Source of the DNA: Yuukianura sp. NJ FZ-2021
Taxonomy: Eukaryota
NCBI GenBank assembly: GCA_046563655.1
Contig: CM102283.1
Location: 9,238,001 to 9,302,000 of the forward strand
DNA length: 64,000 nucleotides
Reading direction: 5' to 3'
A program made the position numbers and the translations under genes. Numbering within the stretch: the first letter of the stretch is position 1; the number at the start of each line of letters is the position of its first letter. Below, piece after piece: positions 25,724 through 38,662 of this stretch. Below the pieces are notes generated by a model. It was not told the DNA's origin. It saw nothing but the letters and a program-made list of their open reading frames with translations, and searched no databases.

Positions 25724-27576
25724 ATGATTTTCTTGTTACAACTCTTGTTATGGGGAATCGGAAGTCTAATACTTCTGTTAGTCGCTGCTGCTGCAGCGAT
25801 TATAGTCTACGCTCGATGGTATCGCGGTACTTTAGAGAAAACTGGAGTTCCAGTAGTGGAACCCCATTGGTTTCTTGGAAGTAACTTCGACGCTCATAAT
25901 AGAGTTCAAGCCTTCGTAGATCTGGAACGAATGCACAAATATGGACACGTTTATGGGGTAACTTGACACACATCGTAATCTAATTGCATCCTTCAACATC
26001 AAGCATCTCGTGACTTTCTTTTCATTTCACTTTCTTTTAGGTATATGATGGCCGACAACCAACAATTTTCGTTTCGGATCCTAAACTGATGAAGATGATC
26101 CAAGCAACTGATTTTGAGTATTTTCGAAACCACCGCAGAATCCTAGTCGAACATCCTGTTGTGTCAGAGATTCTAGACTTCATTGACGGTAATTTTTAAA
26201 CACAAATGCAAAACTTACAAGATCCGAAGGTCGATGTCTTCGTAAATCTTTTCAGATGATAAGTGGAGAGAAGTCCGATCGCACTTGACACCTCAGTTTA
26301 CAACTGGAAGAATCAAAGTAATGTGTGAGACAATTTCCGAAATTACTCTGGATTACGTAAGGGAACTGAAAAAAGACATGGATGACAATGGTCTAAAATC
26401 TATCAAAATGGACTTTCCACAGTAAGTAAACTAATCACAACAACGAAATAGCCCTAAGCGAAACTGAAATTCACTTTTGTTGCACTCTAGACACTGTTCT
26501 CCGTTAGTTCTGGAGATTATTGGTAAAATCTTTTGCGGAATCAATATCGAAAATGCAAGAGACCCCAACAACATTTTCGTTAAGAACATGAAACGATGTT
26601 TAGGCGGTGAGGATGAGAAAGGTCTTGAGATGCCCTGGACCTTCACTTTGGCAAGTAAGTGACTAACTAATTGACTTCAATTAAACCAAAATTAATTCCA
26701 TACTACTACCTAAATGTTTATCACTTATGTAATGTTTACTCACCTAAAGCCGCTGTGCCGATACTTGCCAAGTTGTTTCCAGTACTTCCTCCTGGTGCAA
26801 TCGAGATGTTCTCCCAAGACGTAACAGGAATCCTGGAAGGAAGAGACAAATCAGGCATACAACATCAGGATATGGTTAACACTCTACTACAAATGACCAA
26901 GAAGGCTAAAAGTGATCCTAACTACAAAAGACTAGGAATAACAAGTGACACCGCAATGGGCCAAGCATTTGAATTCTTCTTAGCCAGTTATATGGCCGTG
27001 AGAACCAGTCTGAATTGTCTCTTCTACTATTTCGCAATTTACCCGGAAATACAGGAAAGAGTGAGAGCGGAAATGGCGGACGTCATGAGGAAACAAGGAA
27101 ATCAAACAATCAATTACGAAACTGTGTCTGAAATGCCGTTCCTCAATGCATGTCTCATGGAAACAATGCGACTCCAACCCTCATTGTTCTTTAGACCAGA
27201 TCGACGATGTACTAAAGACTGGGAACACAATGGACTCAAAATCAAGAAGGACATGATCGTCATCTTTCCTCTGTATGCAATTCATCGTGACCCCAACTCT
27301 TACACTGACCCAGAGACGTTCGATCCTGATAGGTTTATGCCCGGAAGAAAGGAGAAGCTTGACCCGTATACGTTCGGTACGTTTGGTAATGGTCCGAGAG
27401 CCTGCATTGGACAAAGATTCAGTATGCAAATGCTTAAGATTATTGCGGTCCATTACATGCAGAGCTTCGCTTTTCAGAAGAGGGAAGACACGGAACTAAA
27501 GTATCTTAAAGGAAATCCCTTTTTCATAAAGATGGGCCCAATTTACGTTGACTTTGTTAAACTGTCCTCCAAATAA
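25724..27576 (+). CDS. Microsomal cytochrome P450, CYP3 clan-like
   Basis: Exons 25724-25957, 26041-26188, 26256-26421, 26491-26654 and 26750-27576. N-terminal TM anchor, WREVRSHLTPQFTTGRIK (helix C), ETMR (ExxR), PDRF, and heme motif FGNGPRACIG. Confidence 0.95.
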
Positions 27577-28310
27577 ATCTGAATTACCTAATTCATCTAT
27601 TTCGTTCGTCGGAGTGTCAATTCAATGATATTTGATACCTTATGGTGTGAGTGACCTCCTGACCTTGACGTCTCGTTGTGTCCAGCACCCCAGTGTCCAG
27701 ACTCCAGTTCAGCTTATACGTTGTTATACCCTCTAACCACATCCACAAAACACTTAAAAAATTATTTGGACACTTGGACACTTCTGCAAAAAAAAATTGG
27801 CAATAAAAATCCGAAACTACAAAGTGAGAGAATGTCATTTCCTTTTCGTCGTGATTGCACTTCTATTACGATAGAATCTACAGTGTAAATTGTTGATACT
27901 TACTACTACTTCTCACATCGTGCACTAGTATGTATCAGTATTAGTTAATTAAAGTATAAGTTACCGATTTAGCCATGGTGTCAGTGCGGTTATTAATAAA
28001 ATATGTTTAAATACAGTAATGGTTAAACTTTGTGTCAAACACGAATGAATTTCCTATGAAACATTTCGTAATGCCAAACTTCGTAAGTTGCCATTGCAAT
28101 TGCAATTGAAAGTCAGGTGGACAACAAATTGCGGAAATTTTGTAATCTTTGGCGCCTAAAATTCTTTGTGAAATTTTGGCAATCGTGGTCTTCCTTGCTG
28201 TTGTGCCTTGGCCGTGGTTCCACTTTTCACTGGAAGAGAAGGCTTAAAACAAAGGAACTAAAGAAGGTGAGCGAGCATATCCCAAATATCCCATTCATAT
28301 TAAATGTTGA

Positions 28311-28375
28311 CATATACCACATTTGGTATATTTTTAGAAATTGACATATCCCACATTTGGTACATTTTTAGAAAT
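28311..28375. repeat. Tandem duplication of ~34 bp in the MCM3 5' intron/UTR region
   Basis: CATAT(A/C)CCACATTTGGTA(T/C)ATTTTTAGAAAT occurs twice in tandem. Confidence 0.75.
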
Positions 28376-28498
28376 CAATTTAGTAATTTTCAATTTGTTT
28401 GGTATGAACGTAGGACGGATTCCAATTTATATTAGGATAAAATTATGTTCACACAACTAATTATTTTTTGATTTTACAGTTGATTTCATTTTGCGAGA

Positions 28499-31689
<3,191 letters not shown>

Positions 31690-31944
31690 ATTTCAACATT
31701 CCAGCTGATCTTACTTTTGAAATTACTTAAGTTAGGAACTTGTGTCAACTTTCAAAATTTTAGAAATAACTTTTCATCACAAGTACAATGAAATAAATTG
31801 ACTTTTTGCAATAAATGTGCTCGCATTCGTAATTTTGACTTGCAATGTTGCAATTGGAAATCTGAGTGACGCGAGACGTAAGTTTTTCGAATTTAAACCG
31901 ACAGTACGTTGGTCTTTACTAAATTAGTACGAACCTCAATACAA

Positions 31945-32028
31945 GGCTCAGTGGTCTAGTGGTATGATTCACGCTTCGGGTCTTCTCGAGTATGTGTGAG
32001 GCCACGGGTTCGATTCCCGTCTGAGCCC
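31945..32028 (+). tRNA. tRNA-Pro(CGG) with a 12-nt intron (31981-31992)
   Basis: GGCTCAG/CTGAGCC acceptor stem, TGGTCTAGTGG A-box, CACGC-TT-CGG-G[TCTTCTCGAGTA]T-GTGTG anticodon arm, GGTTCGATTCC B-box, and downstream T-runs. Confidence 0.93.
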
Positions 32029-32080
32029 TTGAGTCTTTTCTTTTGCAATTGTTTTTTCTTTTCCAGTACTTAACAATACG

Positions 32081-32279
32081 CAGTGGCCAATGCATTCAGT
32101 ATACGCTTTTTACTTTTATTTTATTTTCGGTGGTAAGCTTGTGCTAACAAAATTCCTAGACCGTTTCCAGTTTAAGAAACCTTTGTTACCACAAGGGTAC
32201 CAGTGGTAACCTTGTGTGGTAACTCACCACCGAAAATAAAATAAAAGTGGAAAATGTATACAGAATGCACTGGCCACTG
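32081..32279. repeat. 54-bp inverted repeat between the two tRNA genes (32081-32134 vs 32226-32279)
   Basis: 48 of 54 positions match on manual comparison with the reverse complement. Confidence 0.9.
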
Positions 32280-32528
32280 TTATTTTTACCACCATCTGGA
32301 TGGATAAAATATTTCTTCCACTCCCCTCGGAAGTGGTGGATATATCGGCTTTTTTGGTTTCTTCTGGACGAAACTGAATTTCGTCCATCGGAAACTGGAT
32401 TTCATTCGGATTTATCCGTTTATCCAGTGGATATAACCTGGACGAAATGCTAAAAAAGTGGATAACCACCAACACTGGTTACTACTAAACAAACACACAG
32501 CTAAAAAACAAAATTGAAAAAAAATTAA

Positions 32529-32612
32529 GGGCTCAGACGGGAATCGAACCCGTGGCCTCACACAAACTTGAGAACACCCAAAGCGTGAATCATACCACTA
32601 GACCACTGAGCC
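32529..32612 (-). tRNA. tRNA-Pro(TGG) with a 12-nt intron (32576-32565)
   Basis: The reverse complement is identical to the + strand tRNA except for anticodon position 34 and the intron (TGTTCTCAAGTT). A T-run terminator follows. Confidence 0.93.
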
Positions 32613-33398
32613 TTGCTGAAAGCTTGAACCTTAAAATACAGCTATGAACAAATGGTGGATTAATTTGACAATGGAAATTGTAAATTGGCAAAACAGAATG
32701 AGAACAGACGCCGCCTGAGGAACTTTAATTCCACTTGCAGATTAGATTGTAAAAAAATTTAGCTTTAGGCAGAATTAATTTGCAAATTCATCATGTTGAA
32801 TGCACTCTGTGTTACCTTAAATTCTACATTTTATTTTGTGGACTTTTGGAATATTTTTTACATTTTCACATTACCTTTCACTTTCTAATTTTGACGATGT
32901 GATTAGAATTTTGGGCAGTCTATGTTAGAAGTTGTTTTTTTAGACGTTAAACAGCATCCAAAGTTTTGTACATTCGAAACAACAACTTTTGAAGCAACGT
33001 TTCGTTTTCAACGTGTTCCACATGCTACTCAACAGTTAACAGTTTCGTCACTGCGAATCTCCTAAGATCGAATACATTAAAAGCACCTCAATTTTACACT
33101 CATTCTGTCTCTAGTTTAATTATAGTAATTATGTAATTACTAATTACATAATTTACACACAGTATACATTGAGCAGTAACAATCCCTGTACTTCGCACTA
33201 ACTTTAACAAAAAGATTAACAAGATTTAACTAAAAACACTAAAATAAGTCACCTACGTGTCAAATTAAAAACAACTAAAAGACGGTACACTTCAAGCACA
33301 GCTTGTCTAAAAACTTTTGATTGGTTCATGGCCGATGATTTCTGAATTGTCGAAAGTTGCATAGTACAGTTGAAATTTAGTGCCGTTGTTTTGTTTTT

Positions 33399-34830
33399 CT
33401 ACATTGACTTGAGAAAGTCATTGAAATGTTGAACACTACTTTTGGCCACCATAACAGCAAAGTGAGCATCTTCTCCCGCCACAATGTCTTCCACTGAAAC
33501 GAAATTTGGCTTTTCTGGATTAAATTGAGCTCGGCCAAGATGCTGGAGGTAGCCAATCCGACTTCTCAAGCGTCCTTCACGAGTCAACAGCAACTTTGGA
33601 GATCGAGCAATTGTTTCGTGAGAAAACTTTACAATGTTGTGGACGTAATCAAATCTTCGCCAAAGCGTGTCGGCCCCTACAACACAAATAGTCATAGAAG
33701 TTCAAACTAATTTGCTAATTCAAACTAATTGATGAAAAATTCAAAGTAAATTACTTTGTCGCCAAATGGAAGGATGTGCGAGAAGAATTGATATGATCTC
33801 GTTTGGCTCGAATCCCATTTCATCTTTAATCTTAAACGTAACATCCATCAGTTGAGCACGTTTCGTCGTAATCGTTCGTGCACCCTTTGTAGCCAATTGT
33901 CGTATTTGGTTTCCAGTTAACTTGAAAGTTGTTTGAAAGTATCCCAGACACTTGTCAATTTCAGCAGTACTGGAATCAAAAACAACAGTATTCATCAAAC
34001 ACACCAGTGGAAATGGAAAAGTTTGCTTTCAAGATGTTACCTCATGGATAACCAAAAGACTTCGCTGGTAATGATGCTCGTGATTTGGTCATTGCTGAAG
34101 GCTTTAGATTTCAAGTACTGGATACGAATATTCAAATTTCTCAAGTCCTCAAGCAGTATCTTTGGATTCTTGGTGAAGAAAACTTTAAGTCCGTCCGGTG
34201 GAACGCCATTGTCAGTCAGAAATCTAACACAAAACAGCTGATGTTTACACATTCTGGAATTCGATTTTCAAAAAAACAGATAATTTTCTAGCATTTGAAA
34301 AACGTTTACCTGACGTAAGGTGCCACGTCCTTGTCGAAATCCAAACGAAGTATTTTTTCTACAACTTCCAAGTCCAATTTGTCCCATTTGTACAGTTCCA
34401 CTCCCATTTTGAGAAACGTTTGCAACAACACGGAATCGTTTACAAAGGATGCAATATTCGAGGAAGGACGGAATGCTGGTCCCACATTCCAAATGAACCT
34501 CTGCTGCTCCAGTTCACTTTCTTTGTCATCGTCAACATTCTTCACCAAACAGTTATCATCCAATTCCGAAATCTCATGTGTTCCAGTATCTGGATTCTTA
34601 TAAATCGCTACATTGGAGTATCGGCAAGCATCCGGAGCTATAAGACTAACAGCTGATAGTGGTGGAACTGAAGATACTTTGAGCTTTTCCAGAATACTTG
34701 CTCCAGAAATACTCCGGTGAGGTTGAACACAGTGTGATGATAGGGCACAGCTGATTGACTTTCGACTTACACTTTGAGTAAGTTTCAACATTCTCGTAAA
34801 TTTTGAAAGTTGGCGACTATAAGTCAACAT
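33399..34830 (-). CDS. MTERF3: Mitochondrial transcription termination factor 3 (mTERF3)
   Basis: Exons 34830-34310, 34223-34041, 33969-33755 and 33676-33399. Basic, Ser-rich presequence MLTYSRQLSKFTRMLKL with the ATG in a CCACCATG context. Motifs: NIASFVNDSVLLQTFLKMGVEL, ILRLDFDKDVAPYVRFL, RIQYLKSKAF, EMGF, RFDYVHN, LGRAQFNPEKPNFVS, FNDFLKSM. Confidence 0.92.
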
Positions 34831-35941
34831 GGTGGAGAACTCGAGCAAACTTTTCATGAAGGTCAAGAAAGATATGAGGATTGTCTGACAGGAGCGGAAG
34901 CGACCGAGCACCGGCAGCACTACTGCGAGTAAATGCCTTTGGACATCCACTTAGCGGAGTACTTGCATGGTGACCATCACCATCCAGAAGGGAAGCTAAT
35001 CGTTGACTTCTTTGGGGTGACACGGACTGTTCCTTGTTATAGACTTTTTCACATTCGTGGAGTAGCGTTTTACTAATATTGTAGAATTCCTCTGTGATGT
35101 AATCGTAGAACGGGACGAGGGAAGGATAAGGATTGGCCGTTGACTTTCTATCACCGTCTGAGTAGTGTGATTGCGAATCTTCCTTGGATAGACTCTTTTG
35201 AGGTAATCGTTTCTTATCTTTCAATGGTTGTTGAGGTTGACCTACTCCGAGGTCACGTGAAGCCGTACTCTTCGATGCTGCTTCAATAGCTGTTCGTCGT
35301 AGACACTGTTCATGTGTTTCTGGAAGGAATGTAAAGATTAGACAGTATTTCCGATGAAATCCACGAGCTTGTGAATCCTTCAGCGAAAAAGCTGTTCCGA
35401 TGGCCCAGATTTCAGAAGACGTAAACGCTACGGAATTGACTGGACTAATTTCACACGATAATGTCCGAGCTACACATGTATGAAGATGAGACAGATGAGA
35501 GTGGTCGTAGTTACTGTGGGAACAGTAGTACTTGGTAGTTGTTCCAGGAGTAGTTGAAGTACAAGGGTCAGAAATTGTTGCAGAAGGGGATGATTCGTGC
35601 TTGAAGTGACGATCGTCGAGATGGGATGGACCGATTTTAGAGTGTTTGAATCTGTGAAGTGAAGTGGAGGTTGAATGTTTTGGAACAAGACCGCACGGAC
35701 CTACATCGACTGAATTGGAAGACGATGTAGAGCTGGGTGATGGCGTTTGAGTAGGAGTTGTGTGAACTGTTTGAACAGTGGAAATATACCCTTCCAGTAG
35801 TGGGGCTTTACAGCCTGAGCAAAATTTCAAGTCAGGACATTGGGACACGAATTGTGGTTCATTGATGTTTCGGATGGTGTAGAAGACGAGGCGGGGACCA
35901 TGAACTTCACAGAAGTGACCGAGTGCTACGACCGTGGACAT
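34817..35941 (-). CDS. FLCN: Folliculin (BHD/Lst7-like), N-terminal longin domain only, intronless, 374 aa
   Basis: MSTVVALGHFCEVHGPRLVFYT, CSGC, CVARTLSCE, FSLKDSQARGFHRKYCL, KVYNKEQ..PQRSQRL and ARSLPLLSDNPHIFLDLHEKFARVL match folliculin N-terminal blocks in order. There is a 5'UTR intron at 36075-36004. Confidence 0.9.
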   Translation of the reverse strand: MSTVVALGHFCEVHGPRLVFYTIRNINEPQFVSQCPDLKFCSGCKAPLLEGYISTVQTVHTTPTQTPSPSSTSSSNSVDVGPCGLVPKHSTSTSLHRFKHSKIGPSHLDDRHFKHESSPSATISDPCTSTTPGTTTKYYCSHSNYDHSHLSHLHTCVARTLSCEISPVNSVAFTSSEIWAIGTAFSLKDSQARGFHRKYCLIFTFLPETHEQCLRRTAIEAASKSTASRDLGVGQPQQPLKDKKRLPQKSLSKEDSQSHYSDGDRKSTANPYPSLVPFYDYITEEFYNISKTLLHECEKVYNKEQSVSPQRSQRLASLLDGDGHHASTPLSGCPKAFTRSSAAGARSLPLLSDNPHIFLDLHEKFARVLHHVDL

Positions 35942-37800
35942 AAAAGCTCCAGCTCTAAAGTCAAGTTTCTTGGAGCTCTATTCCAAGCACTTGACACGAT
36001 ACTCTAAAAAACGACAATTACTATGATTAATCACAAATTGCTTACACTTTCTACAATAAATCATTCGAACCTCACCTTGTGTTAAAAGTGTTACATCGTC
36101 AAAAGGACTCGGGCAAAATTTCTGGTCCGTGCCATTTGTCCGAATATCTGAAAATTCAAATAAACAAGATCAGTTGTATCTAAAACGTTTAGGTTCCTAA
36201 GCTAAAGTCACTGTGTACTATTCCAAATCTGCGAAATGCTTAGAAATTTCGACAGCGTTCTACCCAACAAGAATCGCTGACACTTCAGAGAACACCGAAG
36301 ACATGATTCTGAACTGACAATCCCCGCGACACTACACCCAAAAAAAGATGTTTGATTTGATTGAGATCCGGATCAGAGAATGTCCTCCTGTGACATCCTT
36401 CTTTCGTCTAATGTCGTCTGTCGTGTTAGCTTTGTCCAAAATACATTATTCACTCCTTGACATTTCTGTCGCCAATCCTTCCTACTACTTTCGGAAACAT
36501 AAAAGCATTTGAGAGTCGAGTAAGAGAACGACTTGACTTGAAAAAACGAATGGAGATGGAAAACTCTGGCAGAGATTCTTACCAAAAAACCGAAAGCGGG
36601 TAGTAGGAAAGCCCTTCCAGAAGATCCAGCGAAACGTGAACAAGATGATGAAGGTAAGGGATGGATTGGATAGAGAGCTTATCCATCCACAGTAAAATCC
36701 AATTTTCTCTTTTTCAGAGTCCACAGGACTTCGTTTTCAAATTTTTAGGTGCTTGCTGGAGATCTTCAGCAGAACAAGAGTTAAAGGACTCAGCAGCTCT
36801 AGCGCTAGCGCAGTACAAGCGAAGATCCAAGGATCAGTTTGACGAGCTGACAAAGAAAGACTAAAAGGAATTGGCAAGTATTTGGGCACTTTCGTATCTC
36901 ATTCGCAAAGTCTTCGATCTTTTTTTCGCTTATCAATCTTGTGAGTGACTTTGAGTGGAAAAGAGAGAGGAGTGTTTTCTTCGGAGATTGTGAAAAAAGT
37001 AGGTCACAACTTTTGAACTTCGCGGTTAGAATGAAATGAGCAGTCAAAGAATAAAATGTCATCGTTTCTAATTCACACAGCAATTCTATTAGTAAAACTC
37101 ACATTAAATACGTTTTGAAAACGTAGTCGTGTGTTCAGATTTTAATTAAGTAAATCCTAAGTAATTCACAATTGAAAAGGATTCCAACTATTGCATGTTC
37201 GGATATCGCGAATTTGAGGGAGCGGAGCTGAAGAAGACGCGGGAAATTCCTGTTTGAATTTTGCAAACTTTTAGTTTTTTTGAATGGATGAATGGAATGT
37301 TTTTGCCGTGTTTACTTTTAAGTTACTTTCATGATTTCATAATTAATTAGTTTTAGTAGTTAATTAATTAATAGTTAGCTATTTACCTCGTTTTCTTATA
37401 CTGATTAATTTGAGCACGATCATCATCATCTCATCTCTTCTTTCTTATTGATCCAACAAACTATACTCTAATGGTAAATCACGTAATATCGACTTCGTTT
37501 ACCAGTAGTTGCAAATGTCGGTTGATTTCGATTGATTGATTTCCAGGTAAAAAGACACTACAAATTGGATTTTTGCCACACTCCAAGATGTACAGAATTT
37601 AAATGAAGGAAGGTATCGCACGCGGAACACTTTGATTGACTCCGACTGCTAAGCACCAGCACTTCGGTACAGAAATTGACGGACGTTTGGGGGTCGCTGG
37701 TGGGTGGGTATGTGAACGATTACATCACTGCTTAACGCAGATTTTATAAGTAGAGCTGGGGTCAATACTAACCTATTTAAACTACTTTTTAGCCATAGGA

Positions 37801-38603
37801 ATGTTTGCAAGGAGTAGGAGTACGTCGTCCGTGAGGCTTCTTCGCATTGCAATTACGAACGCAATAATCGGTGATGGGAAATCTAGTCACTTCTGCTCAT
37901 CTCCTTCCACCAATCTGCTGGCTACAAACCTTCCATGCGTAAATCCTTTTGCCTCTATTTCCTCGGCTCTTGCTTCTTTAATTCTCTGATTCCTTTGTTT
38001 TGCCTGCAGTACCGCTTCCAGCCTTCACCACTAAATTAAAGTTTAGCTTAATTTAGCACTAACAAACCATAACTTCGACGGAGAGTTTGTCCTTCTGCGT
38101 CACTCCGTATGAAAATCTAGAGAAAAATGGATTTTTCCAGATCCATATTTTTTGCAGAGACATTTTTAACATAATCACATTATAATTATTCATTCCATTC
38201 ATTTGCTAAAATTTTGTTAGTCGTTCCATTCCGTATCCATTCCATAAGAGGCGTGTTTAGTTAAGGTTTTAAGTAACTGTTAATTGTAGTTCTTAAGTGT
38301 AATTGACGTACCTCCCCCTTCCGTGTGAACGCTCTGTTAAAAAAATTAACGCGTCGTTGGTGAAACTTTTAGTAATTCTTATGCAACTTATGTTCAGTTT
38401 TAACTTCCAATCTTTCTTTTGCATACTTTGTTGAGATGATTGCTATGTTAATGATTGTTCTCTGATTCTAAGGTCAAACTTGGAGGCGTGACGCGAAGCG
38501 CTTCGTCAAAAGGCGGACGCCCTCATGTGCGTAGTAGTCAAGCTCAAGAGTTTGAAGTTGCAGCGTCTCAGTCTGCTGAAGCCTCTGGTGAAGAAGCACC
38601 AAG
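37801..38603 (+). CDS. Candidate alternative 5' exons of glutaminase encoding a mitochondrial-type presequence (37801-37938, 38473-38603)
   Basis: MFARSRSTSSVRLLRIAITNA... ends in phase 0 at gtaaat. Exon 38473-38603 is open, enters in phase 0 and exits in phase 2, matching the common acceptor at 39776. Confidence 0.65.
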
Positions 38604-38662
38604 GTACGCTTAAACGTTCACTAATCCTTACATTAACAGTGACTTTGCGCTAAAACGCCAAA

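Noticed and set aside
34831-34950. Extended MTERF3 N-terminus starting at 34950 as in the ORF track
   Set aside because: It begins at a non-ATG codon inside the folliculin CDS. ATG 34830 has a strong context and is followed by a presequence-like segment.
36510-36536. Two in-frame TGA codons as selenocysteine
   Set aside because: No selenoprotein-like motif and no SECIS recognisable by eye.
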